Notes under the pieces: generated by a model
Databases searched by the model: none
What the model was told of the DNA's origin: nothing
The model's input: the letters and a program-made list of their open reading frames with translations, nothing else
NCBI GenBank assembly: GCA_049696635.1
Contig: JBAVUF010000160.1
Location: forward strand, 1 to 48,648
DNA: 48,648 nt
Direction of reading: 5' to 3'
From: Acidimicrobiales bacterium
GTDB taxonomy: Bacteria > Actinomycetota > Acidimicrobiia > Acidimicrobiales > Bog-793
Position numbers and translations under genes: made by a program
In this document: one piece after another, positions 22,988-32,979 of the stretch
Layout: every line of letters starts with the position of its first letter
Position numbering within the stretch: position 1 is the first letter of the stretch

Positions 22988-23288
22988 TCTCTCCCCGGAC
23001 CGGCGGGCAATGGGTCCGGCGTAATCCTGCACTATTAATCAGTGTCCACCTGCTCGTCGCGAGTGTCTCCCACCGGGCGCAGCACTTAGAGGGCACCCTG
23101 GCCGAACCGCTGCCCGGGTGACCTTCACTGACTCGCTTGTTCGGCTCCCCGGCGTGCCGCGGCGACAAGTTCTGCATTCCGGCCCTCGTCACCCACGATG
23201 TCCCGCTCATACTGCGAGAGGTCCTCGTCGATTCCGACGAGCCGGAACACCTGCCCTCCCGGAGCCTGGAAGTAGACGCCGGGCTTGA

Positions 23289-23321
23289 CAACTAAATCAA
23301 CTAACATGATAGATTTAGTTG
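23289..23321. promoter_or_regulatory. AT-rich inverted repeat and possible promoter at the pstS start
   Basis: CAACTAAATC (23289-23298) and GATTTAGTTG (23312-23321) are 10-bp arms 13 nt apart. TTGACA at 23285-23290 and ATAGAT/TAGATT at 23309-23315 would place a transcription start at about the pstS ATG (23322), which would make the mRNA leaderless. This is inference only. Confidence 0.3.
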
Positions 23322-24497
23322 ATGAGGGCAATCCGTCCCTTCCTACCTGGGAACGCAGTGCCCCATCCCCTGGTGGTACCGACCATCGTCTTCCTCCTGG
23401 TTTTCTCGTCGATCATCGGCCCAGCAGCCGCCGCGCCGCAGGTGCGCCATGGCCGAAAGCCCGCCGGCGGAGTACTCACCGTGAAGACCGATACGTCGAC
23501 AAACGCTGCGGTGACGCTCGACGGAGCCGGAGCAAACTCGATCGAACCATTCTTCGAGCCGGTTTTCTACGACTACCACGCAAAGAACCCGAAGACGACG
23601 ATCAACTACAACCCGGCGGGAAGCAGCGTCGGAGTCAGTGACATCCAGCAGGAGACGGTCGACTTCGGTGATTCCGAGATCCCGATGAACGATCTCCAAC
23701 TCGCGCAAGCGCGCGATCCGAGCGTCCTTCAAGTGCCGGTGGATCTTGGAGGAGTGGCGGTCAGCGTCAACATCCCGGGGCTGAAGAAGCGCCTGGACCT
23801 CGATGGTCCGACACTCGCCGACATCTTCGACGGGACGATCACGAACTGGGACAGCCCGCAGATCGCGAAAGTGACAGGGATCTCCAACCTGCCCAATCTG
23901 CCGATTGTCCCGGTGCACAGGGCTGATGCCTCAGGCCCGAGCTACGACCTGGACGATTACCTGTTCAAGACGGCGCCAACGTGGAATGCGACACTCAAGA
24001 CGACGACACCGTCAAGGTCATGGCCGCTGACCAGGATCGGTGTCGGCGAGCAACTGAACTCCGGCGTCGCGACCTACATCAAACAGACACCGGGCGCCAT
24101 CGGGTACCTGGAGTACGCCTATGCGCTTGAGGCGGGCTTCACGTGCGCAGCGATCAAGAACCGCGCCGGTGATTTCGTCACTCCATCAGAGCAGTCGATC
24201 GCGGCGGCTGGCGCACACAACGACAGGCTCACCGCCTTCAATGCCTCGATCGTTTACGAGCCGGGAGCAACCACGTACCCGATCGCGAACTTCAGCTGGG
24301 CACTCATCCTTCGCCGACAGACAGACGCGGCCTCCGGAATCGCTCTAGGAAAGCTCTTCTTTTACGTCGTCAATCAAGGACAGAAACTCGCCGGCAAGCT
24401 CGGGTACGCGCCCTTGCCGCCAAACATCACCAAGATCGCGATCCGAACGCTCGAGCGACTCGAGGGGCCTTCGGGCGCTCCCTTGTTCTCGAGCTGA
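23319..24497 (+). CDS. pstS: phosphate ABC transporter substrate-binding protein PstS
   Basis: It has a signal-like N-terminus and the PstS blocks GAGANSIEPFF, NYNPAGSSVGV and VDFGDSEIPM. It is the first gene of a pstSCAB cluster. Confidence 0.9.
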   Translation: MMRAIRPFLPGNAVPHPLVVPTIVFLLVFSSIIGPAAAAPQVRHGRKPAGGVLTVKTDTSTNAAVTLDGAGANSIEPFFEPVFYDYHAKNPKTTINYNPAGSSVGVSDIQQETVDFGDSEIPMNDLQLAQARDPSVLQVPVDLGGVAVSVNIPGLKKRLDLDGPTLADIFDGTITNWDSPQIAKVTGISNLPNLPIVPVHRADASGPSYDLDDYLFKTAPTWNATLKTTTPSRSWPLTRIGVGEQLNSGVATYIKQTPGAIGYLEYAYALEAGFTCAAIKNRAGDFVTPSEQSIAAAGAHNDRLTAFNASIVYEPGATTYPIANFSWALILRRQTDAASGIALGKLFFYVVNQGQKLAGKLGYAPLPPNITKIAIRTLERLEGPSGAPLFSS

Positions 24498-24541
24498 ATC
24501 GGCGACGCATCGACGTTTCCGAATCCCACCAGAACTTCGCC

Positions 24542-25534
24542 ATGAGCGTCGCTTCGATTCCCACACGCGAAAGGGCGCGTCACGCCCTCGATGCGCGAAG
24601 AGGCAGGCGGTCGGTTGGACGCTTCTACGGCCTCGCGCTGCGGGGAGCAATCGGCATCTTCGCCGCAATGCTCATCGCTCTTGTCCTCAGCCTCGTCCTC
24701 GACTCGCGCCAAGCGTTCGCGCACTCTGGGATCGGCTTTCTCTGGTCGGCAACGTGGAATCCTGCCGCCAACTCGTACGGGGCTGGTCTCCTCGTCGTCG
24801 GAACGGTGGTGACGACCGTGATCTCGTTGGCGATGGTCGTCCCGGTCGGACTCGGCGCGGCGATCGCCCTTGCCGAGATCGCGCCACGCTGGATCGCCGC
24901 TCCACTTTCGGCGGCAATCGAACTCCTCGCCGCGGTTCCGAGCGTCGTCGTCGGCCTGTGGGGACTGCTCGTTCTCTCGCCCCTCGCTGCACGTGACGTC
25001 GAGCCCTTCCTTCGGTCGATCCCAGGGCTCGGATGGTTCTTCCGCGGCGTCGCGTACGGCCCGAGCATCCTGCTCGCCTCGTTCGTGCTTACGGTGATGA
25101 CACTGCCAACCATGGTTGCCCTCAGTCGGAGAGCGATCCTCGATGTCCCGGTCGACGACCGGGAGGCGGCGCTCGCCCTCGGAGCCACGCGGTGGCAAGC
25201 CACCAGGAGAGCCGCGCTGCCGGCAGCCCGCTCTGGCATCCAGACCGCGATCACGCTTGCAACCGGTCGCGCGCTCGGGGAGAGCATCGCCGTGGCGATG
25301 GTGATCGGAAACAACCCTTCGATACCCCACTCGCTGATCGCTCCCGGGGCGACGCTCGGCTCAGCGATCGTCAATGAATTCGCCGAATCGAGTCCCGGGC
25401 TCGGCACGAGTTCGGTCATCGCGTTGGCGCTCGTTCTGCTCATCCTGACGTTGGTCGTCAATCTCGGAGGTCGGGCGCTCATCCGCGCCCGCAGCGTTTC
25501 CAAAAAACCGCGTGCTCGCGGCTTGGTTGCCTGA
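24542..25534 (+). CDS. pstC: phosphate ABC transporter permease PstC
   Basis: A multi-TM protein with an EAA-type loop (REAALALGATRWQATRRAALPAARSGI), in the position expected within the pst operon. Confidence 0.9.
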   Translation: MSVASIPTRERARHALDARRGRRSVGRFYGLALRGAIGIFAAMLIALVLSLVLDSRQAFAHSGIGFLWSATWNPAANSYGAGLLVVGTVVTTVISLAMVVPVGLGAAIALAEIAPRWIAAPLSAAIELLAAVPSVVVGLWGLLVLSPLAARDVEPFLRSIPGLGWFFRGVAYGPSILLASFVLTVMTLPTMVALSRRAILDVPVDDREAALALGATRWQATRRAALPAARSGIQTAITLATGRALGESIAVAMVIGNNPSIPHSLIAPGATLGSAIVNEFAESSPGLGTSSVIALALVLLILTLVVNLGGRALIRARSVSKKPRARGLVA

Positions 25535-26405
25535 GATGACGCTGACCACGGCACCACTCCGCGAGACGGTGCGCGCTTCTGCCGAGCAATCGCTGCGACG
25601 ACGTCGCCTCCTTGGACGATTCGGACGGGTGGCCTGCCTAGGGCTCCTACTCCTCTGTCTCGCGCCGCTCGTCGCCGAGCTCGGCTACACCGCCTATCGA
25701 GGGATCGCCGGACTCTCGCTCGCCTTCCTCACGCATCCGCCAACACCTCCAGAAGTCCCAGGCGGCGGCATATCGACAGCGATCATTGGATCGGCGGAGG
25801 TCATCGGACTGGCGCTAGTCGTCGCAATACCGGTCAGTCTGCTCGCCGCTCTGTACCTGCGGGAGCACCCGGGACGTGCATCGACGGTGGTCGGTTTCGG
25901 TGCCGATGTGCTGACGGGAGTCCCCTCAATCGTCGTTGGCATCTTCGCCTATGCCGTCATCGTCCGGACGACCCATCACTTTTCCGATTTCGCCGCGAGC
26001 TTCGCGATTGCCGTGCTGATGACGCCGATCATGATCCGAGCCAACGACGCCGCCCTGCGCTCCGTTCCGACAGACCTTTGGGAGGCGGGAATCGCTCTCG
26101 GAGCGCGCCGATCGAGCGTGGCACGCCGAGTGGTTCTTCGTGGTGCGCTCCCAGGTCTTGTTGTCGGCAACCTGCTTGCCATCGCGCGCGGCATCGGAGA
26201 GACCGCCCCGCTGCTCTTCACGGTCGCGGCACCGACCGCGGTGATGACATTGCTCATCTACGCGGACAGCACACAAGCGTTCGCCTCCGCACAACAGACC
26301 GCCTGGTCGACAGCCTTTGTTCTCCTTGCGTTCGTCGTCATGCTCAGCATCGCCGCACGAGTGATCGCTGCGGTGCTCTCGAGAAACGCGAGGCCCGCTA
26401 GGTGA
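25512..26405 (+). CDS. pstA: phosphate ABC transporter permease PstA
   Basis: A multi-TM protein with [27 protein letters not shown]. It overlaps the pstC end and the pstB start (GTGA). Confidence 0.9.
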   Translation: MLAAWLPEMTLTTAPLRETVRASAEQSLRRRRLLGRFGRVACLGLLLLCLAPLVAELGYTAYRGIAGLSLAFLTHPPTPPEVPGGGISTAIIGSAEVIGLALVVAIPVSLLAALYLREHPGRASTVVGFGADVLTGVPSIVVGIFAYAVIVRTTHHFSDFAASFAIAVLMTPIMIRANDAALRSVPTDLWEAGIALGARRSSVARRVVLRGALPGLVVGNLLAIARGIGETAPLLFTVAAPTAVMTLLIYADSTQAFASAQQTAWSTAFVLLAFVVMLSIAARVIAAVLSRNARPAR

Positions 26406-27322
26406 CCGAGAACGCAGTTCGAGGAGCGACGACAACAGATCTCATTGCCCCGCGATCGCCCGATTCGAGTGCGTCACCGTCGGTCCTCGGTGCTCTCGCG
26501 CGCGCTTCGCACGAAAGTGACGGCACTCTGCCATCTTCAGATCCGAATAGCCATGGCCGGAACCTCCTGCTCGAAGACGTCAGCGTCTCCTTTGGCGACG
26601 CCGTCGCAGTACGCGACGTCACATTGCAGATTCCGCCACAGCGGGTAACCGCTCTCGTTGGCCCATCCGGATGCGGAAAGACAACCCTGTTACGGGCGAT
26701 TAACCGTCTCCACGACCACACGAGTGGGATCGTGCGAGGTTCGATCCGCCTCGGCGAGATCGACGTGTACGGAGCCGGCACGGCACCGGAGCTGATCCGC
26801 AGACACATCGGGATGGTGTTCCAACGTCCGAACCCGTTCCCGACGATGAACGTCTTCGACAATGTCGTTGCCGGACTGCGGCTGAACGGAATTCGCGACA
26901 AGGCACTACTTCGCGAGGCGGGCGAACTCGCGCTGCGCCGTGCTGCGCTTTGGGACATCGTGAAGGACCGCCTCCGGGAGCCCGCGGTAAGGCTGTCAGG
27001 CGGCCAACAGCAGCGCCTGTGCATCGCCAGGGCGCTCGCTGTAGAGCCGGATGTCCTCTTGCTGGACGAGCCGTGTTCGGCGCTCGACCCGGTTGCGACG
27101 GCAAAGATAGAGAATCTGATGCGAGACCTCTCACGAGAAGTGACCATCGTTCTCGTCACGCACAATATGTTTCAGGCGGCGCGAATCTCCGATCTCGCAG
27201 CAGTCTTTCTGATGGGCGACGATCGAGTCGGCGAGCTCGTCGAGTGTGGGACGACGCAAACGATCTTCAACGAGCCCTCCGATCCGCGAACAAAGGCATA
27301 CGCGGAAGGTCGAATCGGCTGA
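26402..27322 (+). CDS. pstB: phosphate ABC transporter ATP-binding protein PstB
   Basis: [55 protein letters not shown] and VTHNM. It has an N-terminal extension of about 45 aa, so a later start is possible. Confidence 0.93.
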   Translation: MTENAVRGATTTDLIAPRSPDSSASPSVLGALARASHESDGTLPSSDPNSHGRNLLLEDVSVSFGDAVAVRDVTLQIPPQRVTALVGPSGCGKTTLLRAINRLHDHTSGIVRGSIRLGEIDVYGAGTAPELIRRHIGMVFQRPNPFPTMNVFDNVVAGLRLNGIRDKALLREAGELALRRAALWDIVKDRLREPAVRLSGGQQQRLCIARALAVEPDVLLLDEPCSALDPVATAKIENLMRDLSREVTIVLVTHNMFQAARISDLAAVFLMGDDRVGELVECGTTQTIFNEPSDPRTKAYAEGRIG

Positions 27323-27351
27323 ACCGACCCCTGTGATCCGCAAGCGGACCG

Positions 27352-27650
27352 CTACCAGCGTGATGCCGGAAATTGTCGCTCTCGGGCACGAAGTGTCAAC
27401 TCGATGTTTTCGACGTTGAGTGCCCATCCCCGCGAAGTAGTCGAGGCCGTGAACGCCTGGCCGTCGTCTTGACCGCTACGCAAGCCCATCAGCACGATGT
27501 CGGGCTCGAGCTCGGCAGCAAGGGTGAGTGCCTCTTCCCCGTCGGAAGCCGGGCCGACCACCTCCTCCGCGTCGATCAGCCCAAGCAGCAAGACGAGACC
27601 TTCGCGTACGACGCGCTGGTCGTCGCGTCTAATTATGCGCCGTTGAATTC
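27352..27650 (-). pseudogene. response-regulator receiver-domain remnant (NarL-type N-terminus, no start, no output domain)
   Basis: ...RRIIRRDDQRVVREGLVLLLGLIDAEEVVGPASDGEEALTLAAELEPDIVLMGLR resembles the first ~55 residues of NarL/LuxR-type regulators. No ATG/GTG lies at the expected position, and the frame ends without an HTH. Confidence 0.4.
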
Positions 27651-27670
27651 CGGCAAAATGAATGTTTCCC

Positions 27671-29197
27671 TCAGTCGTAGTGGCGGAGCAACCTCCACGT
27701 TGTCGTCCACCGCAATCGCAGCCCGCTACAGAGGTAGACGTGGCCGCCCCACTCCTGATTGTGCAGTCCGGCCGCATTGCGCAGCGTCGCGACGATTCGC
27801 ACCTTCGTGAAGAACTTGCGAAGGTACGTACCGTAACCCGTCACGTTGCGCGGACCCGGGGCGACAGCGACGACTTCGGTCGGGCTCGGGCTCCCCACGC
27901 CCCACCACCATTCGCTGTTCTGATCGCTGAGCGCGACCGGGAGACCGGTGCCGCGGCCGAGTTCGTTCAGCGCGCCCGCCTCTCCGTAATTGTTCGTGAC
28001 GATGAGCGCGTGGCGTCGGACTGGGGACGGCAAGGAGTGCCAGACGATGTCGACCGTGTGCACCAACTCCGGCCAACCGACGGATTCCCCGCCCACCTGA
28101 TTGATGCCGTATGTCCAACCCGAGTCGGCGGCGGGAAGGACCGGCAGCACGATCGGGAGCGCCGCGACCACCGACACGACGAGTCCCGCAGCGAGCTCGC
28201 GCACGTGCGTCCTCGACTCGAGCCAGTGGTCGATCGCGATCGCCCCGGCGGCGAGCAACGGCACGTACGCGCCGGCGAGGTAATAGATCTTGCTCCCCGT
28301 TGTGACGGCGAAGAAGACGAACAGCATCGCGTAGGACCACACGAGACCGCGACCCACCGATGTACGCGATCGCCACAGCCAACGCAGACCAGCAATCCAG
28401 ACTGGGATGAGGACGAAGGCCGACATGATGAGCTGTCCGACGATCCATGTCGCGACCTTCCCCGCCCCTCCGTTCTCGGCGTTGAGGTCTCTGGTCATCG
28501 TGAGCGTCGCCCATCCGTGGTTCGCCTGCCACCAAAGGTCGGGAACGGTGCAGATGAGCGCGATCGCGCAACCGGCAGCGAACCAACGATTCGACACGAG
28601 CCGATGACCACGGGCGATGAGGATCCCGACGATCAAGCTGAGCGCGAAGAATCCGATGCTGTGTTTATTCTCCAGACCCACGCCGAGCACCACGCCCGCG
28701 GGAACCCACCAGCGTGGATCCCCGGTGCGCTCGACCCGGAGGATGAACAGATACAGAAGGGGCCACGCCAGGAGGTCGAACGCCGTCGGACCCATCAAGT
28801 GGTCGATGGCGAGTAAGGCGGGCATCGTCGCTGCCCCGATCGCTGCCACCAGCTGCGGTCTTTGACCCCCTCCGAGCTCACGGGCGAGGAGCCCCCCGAC
28901 CACGACGGTCGCAGCCCCGGCGAGCGCTGGCCACAGGCGCAGCCCAGAGACCGACACGCCGAACAGCTCCAATGAGAGCCGCGCCACGAGCGGCGTGAAG
29001 ATCGGCTGATCGACGTAACTCAACTGCAGGTGGCGAGCACAGTCGAGGAAGTAGAGCTCGTCGCGGTGGAACCCGTAGAAGGGAGAGACGAGCATCAACA
29101 CCGCGAACACGACGCCTCCGACGACGTAGACACGGCGATCAAAGCGCGGACGCTCCGGCCACGAAGAGGAGTGAGCGGGTTTAATTGCAGGAATCAT
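27671..29197 (-). CDS. GT39/GT83-like (ArnT/PMT-type) membrane glycosyltransferase
   Basis: 508 aa and polytopic. The N-terminal loop FHRDELYFLDCARHL with D/E motif and the overall topology are as in dolichyl/undecaprenyl-phosphate sugar transferases. Confidence 0.8.
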   Translation of the reverse strand: MIPAIKPAHSSSWPERPRFDRRVYVVGGVVFAVLMLVSPFYGFHRDELYFLDCARHLQLSYVDQPIFTPLVARLSLELFGVSVSGLRLWPALAGAATVVVGGLLARELGGGQRPQLVAAIGAATMPALLAIDHLMGPTAFDLLAWPLLYLFILRVERTGDPRWWVPAGVVLGVGLENKHSIGFFALSLIVGILIARGHRLVSNRWFAAGCAIALICTVPDLWWQANHGWATLTMTRDLNAENGGAGKVATWIVGQLIMSAFVLIPVWIAGLRWLWRSRTSVGRGLVWSYAMLFVFFAVTTGSKIYYLAGAYVPLLAAGAIAIDHWLESRTHVRELAAGLVVSVVAALPIVLPVLPAADSGWTYGINQVGGESVGWPELVHTVDIVWHSLPSPVRRHALIVTNNYGEAGALNELGRGTGLPVALSDQNSEWWWGVGSPSPTEVVAVAPGPRNVTGYGTYLRKFFTKVRIVATLRNAAGLHNQEWGGHVYLCSGLRLRWTTTWRLLRHYD

Positions 29198-29201
29198 GCC
29201 A

Positions 29202-29228
29202 TACGTACTTGACGTACGCTACGTACTT
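29202..29228. promoter_or_regulatory. three ACGTAC boxes at 9-bp spacing between the glycosyltransferase gene and the Phd-like gene
   Basis: TACGTACTT-GACGTACGC-TACGTACTT. ACGTAC occurs at 29203, 29212 and 29221, 17 nt upstream of GTG 29245. An operator role is inferred. Confidence 0.4.
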
Positions 29229-29244
29229 CGCGAGGATTTGTGCA

Positions 29245-29664
29245 GTGGAAACCCTGACCACCTTTGACAGCTTCACCGAGGCCCGAGACCACCTGAAAGA
29301 GGTGCTCGACGCAGCCGAGGAGGGCCGACCCGTCGTCGTGTCGCGATCGGACACCCGGGCGGCGGTCGTCGACGCCGATCGTCTTCGAAGCCTCATCGCC
29401 TCGCAGCTCCCTTCCCACGCCCAGCTCGTGGCGGAGGCCGAGGGGTGGTCCGCTTTCCTCCCTGGGATCCCGGTTGCCGCTGATGGGGCGACCTATGTCG
29501 AGGCGCTCGACGAGCTCGTTGATGCTTTGCAGGAGTACGCCGCTGACTGGAACGACCACCTGCGGCACGCACCCAATCACAAGGGCAACTGGGCGCTAGT
29601 GCAACTCGTTTCATTGAGCGACGACGACCAGCTGAAGGAGTGGCTGGTCAGCGCTGCGGCGTGA
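29245..29664 (+). CDS. Phd/YefM-type antitoxin-like protein with a C-terminal extension
   Basis: VETLTTFDSFTEARDHLKEVLDAAEEGRPVVVSRSDTRAAVVDADRLRSL matches the Phd/YefM N-terminal fold pattern. The stop overlaps the next gene's GTG (GTGA). Confidence 0.65.
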   Translation: METLTTFDSFTEARDHLKEVLDAAEEGRPVVVSRSDTRAAVVDADRLRSLIASQLPSHAQLVAEAEGWSAFLPGIPVAADGATYVEALDELVDALQEYAADWNDHLRHAPNHKGNWALVQLVSLSDDDQLKEWLVSAAA

Positions 29665-30089
29665 CGAGCAGGCCGGCACCGACTCGCGCCGACCACGAGA
29701 AGTTCTGCGAAGAAGAAGGTTGGGAGAAGGTCCGCGACTCACAGGGGCGAACCGGGACCCATCACGTCACTTACGAGCTCTATCTGGCCGACGGAAGGAT
29801 CCTCCGCACGCGCATCTCGCATCCCCCGGACCGCACCACGTACGGCGCCGCCATGTGGTCGCACATCTTGCGGGATCAGCTCTCGATCACCGAGGCGGAG
29901 TTCTGGGCGTGTGTAAAAGAAGGTGTCGTGCCCGCTCGCGGTCAACCCGCGACCGCGAAAGAGGCGTTGCCCGCCGAGCTCGTCCATCTCCTCGCGACAC
30001 GCGTGCGGTTGTCGGACGATGAGATCGCTCAGATGACAAAGGAGCAAGCTGTAGCCCGCTTACAGGAGTATTGGACGACAGGGTCTTGA
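29661..30089 (+). CDS. HicA-like (YcfA family) putative toxin
   Basis: HEKFCEEEGWEKVRDSQGRTGTHHVTYELYLADGRILRTRISHP resembles the HicA pattern (GF..vR..GSHH.y....gr...i..H). It is translationally coupled to the upstream antitoxin-like gene. Confidence 0.5.
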   Translation: MTSRPAPTRADHEKFCEEEGWEKVRDSQGRTGTHHVTYELYLADGRILRTRISHPPDRTTYGAAMWSHILRDQLSITEAEFWACVKEGVVPARGQPATAKEALPAELVHLLATRVRLSDDEIAQMTKEQAVARLQEYWTTGS

Positions 30090-30326
30090 CTGTGTCGCAA
30101 CCCTTTTCGGACCGGTAAACCATCCGAGGGCAGATTTCGGCGGCGTCGGCGTGCTGGCGCTCGACGATGACGAGGATCCGAACAGCTATGGCCGATCCGA
30201 CCCAGCGATACGAGCGGCGGTCGGGTTCTCCTTCGAGTGCATGTTGGTGCCGACGCTCGTTCAGCGCGCGTAAGGGAACCGCCGGATTGCAACGCCCGGG
30301 CAGTAGGTGGACAGGTCGCGAGCCGA

Positions 30327-31955
30327 TCAGATCAGTTCGGGCACCATCTCGATCGCGCCACAGGGACACTCCGCGACGCAGATGCCACAACCTTTGCAGT
30401 AGTCGTAATTGAACTCGTACCGCTTGCCCGAGCCGAGCTTCGACACGGCATTGTCAGGACAGACGCCATAGCAGTTGTCGCAATCAAAGCAGTTGCCGCA
30501 CGACATGCACCGTCTGGCCTCGAACAGCGCGTTCGACTCGTCGAAGCCCGAGACGACCTCGTCGAACGTGCTCTGGCGGCGGGCGAGCTCGAGTTCCTTC
30601 TGGATCTGCTTCGGAGCATCGGAGTAGTACCAGGTATTGAGGCGTTCGAAGCTCGCCAGCGAGTGCCGCTCGAGCGGCGGCGCCTTCCCGCCTCGCAGCC
30701 AACGGTCGATCGCGCGAGCGGCCTTTTTGCCATGCCCGATCGCGACGGTCGCGGTCCGCTCCGAGGGAACCATGTCGCCGCCGGCGAAAACGCCGGGACG
30801 GCCAGTCATCATGTCCTCGTCGACTTCGAGCGTGCCATCGGTGATCTCGATACCGCTCAGGTGTGCGAGACCCGAAAGGTCGGGCTCCTCCCCCAACGCG
30901 AGTACGACTGCGTCGGCACCGAGCTCGCTGAACTCGCCCGTCGGCTGGGGAAAGCCGGTCTCGTCGAGCGCCATCTTTTCGACAACGATCTTGTCGGGCG
31001 AGAACTCGGCGATCGTCGAGAGCCAGCGAACGGTCACTCCCTCGGAGAGCGCCTCTTCGAACTCGACCGCATGCGCGGGCATCTTCTCCCGATTACGCCG
31101 ATAGACGATGACGGTGTCGGTCGCCCCGAGGCGACGGGCGGTGCGTGCCGCGTCCATCGCCGTGTCGCCGCCGCCGTAGACGACGACCCGCTGACCGATC
31201 TCGAAGGGCACGGAGTCTTCCGTGCTGCGCAAGAGATCGAGCGCGTCGATGATGCGAGCGGTGTCGGCGGCGGGAATCGCCGTCTTGCGCGAGAGCTGCG
31301 CCCCGAACGCCAAGTACGCGGCGTCGAACTGCCCGACAGCCATCTCTTCTTCGACGTCTGCGACACGATGGCCGCACGTGATCTTGACCCCGAGCTCTTC
31401 GATGCGGGCGATCTCAAGGTCGAGGATTTCGCGAGGCAGTCGGTAGCGCGGGATCCCGTAGCGCATCATGCCGCCCGGAGCCGACGACGACTCGAGGATT
31501 TCGACGTAGTGTCCGAGCCGCAGGAGGTGATACGCGACCGACAAACCCGACGGACCCGAACCGACGACGAGCACCCGCTTGCCGCTCTTTGTCGGGGGCG
31601 GGGCGAAGCTCCATCCCTTTTCGATCGCGTTGTCGCCGAGGAATCGCTCGACGGCGTGGATGCCCACCGCTTCGTCGAGCTGACCACGGTTGCACGCCGT
31701 CTCACAAGGATGGAAGCAGATCCGGCCAGACGTCGCGGGAATCGGGTTGTCCTCGACGAGCGCGCGCCACGCCGACTCGTACTTCGCTTCTTCGGCCAGG
31801 TACAGCCAGTGCTGGATGTTCTCTCCCGCCGGACAAGCGTCGTTACACGGCGGCATCCGATCGACATAGACGGGCCGCTCGACGCGCCACGAGCCGGTCT
31901 TGTTCGCCCGACTCGAGCCGACCTCCAAGGTGATCGCGAAATCGTGTTCGCTCAT
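30327..31955 (-). CDS. GltD-like NAD(P)H:flavin oxidoreductase fused to a C-terminal 2x[4Fe-4S] ferredoxin (PorD-like) domain
   Basis: The N-terminus carries CNDACPAGENI and CFHPCETACNR. It has FAD and NAD(P) Rossmann motifs (VLVVGSGPSGLSVAY and VVVYGGGDTAMDAAR). The C-terminus carries CMSCGNCFDCDNCYGVCP and YCKGCGICVAECPCGAI. The start overlaps the porB stop (ATGA). Confidence 0.85.
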   Translation of the reverse strand: MSEHDFAITLEVGSSRANKTGSWRVERPVYVDRMPPCNDACPAGENIQHWLYLAEEAKYESAWRALVEDNPIPATSGRICFHPCETACNRGQLDEAVGIHAVERFLGDNAIEKGWSFAPPPTKSGKRVLVVGSGPSGLSVAYHLLRLGHYVEILESSSAPGGMMRYGIPRYRLPREILDLEIARIEELGVKITCGHRVADVEEEMAVGQFDAAYLAFGAQLSRKTAIPAADTARIIDALDLLRSTEDSVPFEIGQRVVVYGGGDTAMDAARTARRLGATDTVIVYRRNREKMPAHAVEFEEALSEGVTVRWLSTIAEFSPDKIVVEKMALDETGFPQPTGEFSELGADAVVLALGEEPDLSGLAHLSGIEITDGTLEVDEDMMTGRPGVFAGGDMVPSERTATVAIGHGKKAARAIDRWLRGGKAPPLERHSLASFERLNTWYYSDAPKQIQKELELARRQSTFDEVVSGFDESNALFEARRCMSCGNCFDCDNCYGVCPDNAVSKLGSGKRYEFNYDYCKGCGICVAECPCGAIEMVPELI

Positions 31956-32965
31956 CGTCTGCCCTCCGTCGTGCTTGCGTCGACGAGGTCGTACACCTCG
32001 ATGTTGCGATCGGCCATCTCCTGCAGCCGATCGATCACGTCGGCGCGTCGGTTTGGCTCAAAGAGGTGACGGAAGCGTCGTTGCAGGCGGAGGTAGTCCT
32101 CGACGGGTGCTCGCTTGCGGATCGGGCTCGCCTCGAGCACTTCCCCGTAGGCCGCCTCGTACACGGGGAACAGCCCCGTCTCGTGCGCGAGCCGGGCGAT
32201 CTTGATCGTGTCCGACGACTCCGATCCCCATCCCAAAGGACAGGGGACGAGCACGTGCAGGTAGCGAGCCCCGCGGATTGACATCGCGCGGTGCACCTTG
32301 GTTTCGAGATCGTGGAGGTCGGCGACCGTCGCCGTTGCCACGTAGGGGATGCCGTGCGCGACCGCGAGTCGGGGAAGGTCCTTTCCCTGCCCGAACACAT
32401 TGCCGGGCTCGGGTCCGACCGCCTCGGTGGTCGCCGTGCGCGCCGCCGGCGGGGTCGCGCCCGAGCGCTGCACCCCGGTGTTCATGTAGGCCTCGTTGTC
32501 GTAACAGACGAACAGCACATCGTCGTTGCGTTCGAACATCCCCGATAGACAGCCGAAGCCGATGTCGACGGCCCCCCCGTCGCCAGCTTGCGCGACGACG
32601 CGCGTCTCTTCGTCCCCGCGCGCCTTCAACGCCGCGGCAACACCGGTCGCGACTGCGGCGGCGTTGCCGAACAGTGAGTGCAGCCATGCGACCTGCCAGG
32701 AGGTCTCGGGGAACGGTGTCGTGAAGACCTCAAGGCATCCGGTCGCGTTGACGACGAGGAGTTTCCCGTCCGTAGCGTCGAGCGCCGCGTCGAGCACGTA
32801 ACGCGCGCCGAGCGCCTCCCCGCACCCCTGGCAGGCCCGATGCCCCGCGATCAGCGCGTTCGGACGACGCCGTTCGGACTGCACCGTGCGCTGGCGCGGT
32901 GGGAGCAACCGGTTGCCGACCGCGAAGCTTCCGACTTGGTAGAACTTCACGCCCGTCTCTCCCAT
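31952..32965 (-). CDS. porB: 2-oxoacid:ferredoxin oxidoreductase beta subunit (TPP-binding)
   Basis: CQGCGEAL, GDGGAVDIGFGCLSGMFERNDDVLFVCYDNEAYMNTGVQRS and PYVATATV. I prefer ATG 32965 (MGETGVKFYQ) over the track start 33109. Confidence 0.9.
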   Translation of the reverse strand: MGETGVKFYQVGSFAVGNRLLPPRQRTVQSERRRPNALIAGHRACQGCGEALGARYVLDAALDATDGKLLVVNATGCLEVFTTPFPETSWQVAWLHSLFGNAAAVATGVAAALKARGDEETRVVAQAGDGGAVDIGFGCLSGMFERNDDVLFVCYDNEAYMNTGVQRSGATPPAARTATTEAVGPEPGNVFGQGKDLPRLAVAHGIPYVATATVADLHDLETKVHRAMSIRGARYLHVLVPCPLGWGSESSDTIKIARLAHETGLFPVYEAAYGEVLEASPIRKRAPVEDYLRLQRRFRHLFEPNRRADVIDRLQEMADRNIEVYDLVDASTTEGRR

Positions 32966-32979
32966 CACGTCACCCCCGC

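Noticed and set aside
22276-23010. 244-aa minus-strand ORF.
   Set aside because: It is antisense to the GAF-domain ORF and is low complexity.
23125-23331. 68-aa minus-strand ORF divergent from pstS.
   Set aside because: The central part looks plausibly coding, but there is no recognisable family and its 5' end overlaps the pstS start and inverted repeat. I left it uncalled.
24374-25557. Long minus-strand ORFs (318 and 310 aa) across pstC.
   Set aside because: They are antisense to a clearly recognisable pstC. Their Arg/Ser/Pro-rich composition is typical of antisense frames in high-GC DNA.
27662-28816. 384-aa plus-strand ORF.
   Set aside because: It is antisense to the GT39-like membrane protein and is Arg/Asp/Pro-rich with no motifs.
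30237-32069. 610-aa plus-strand ORF.
   Set aside because: It is antisense to the GltD-like/ferredoxin gene, whose cofactor motifs are unambiguous.
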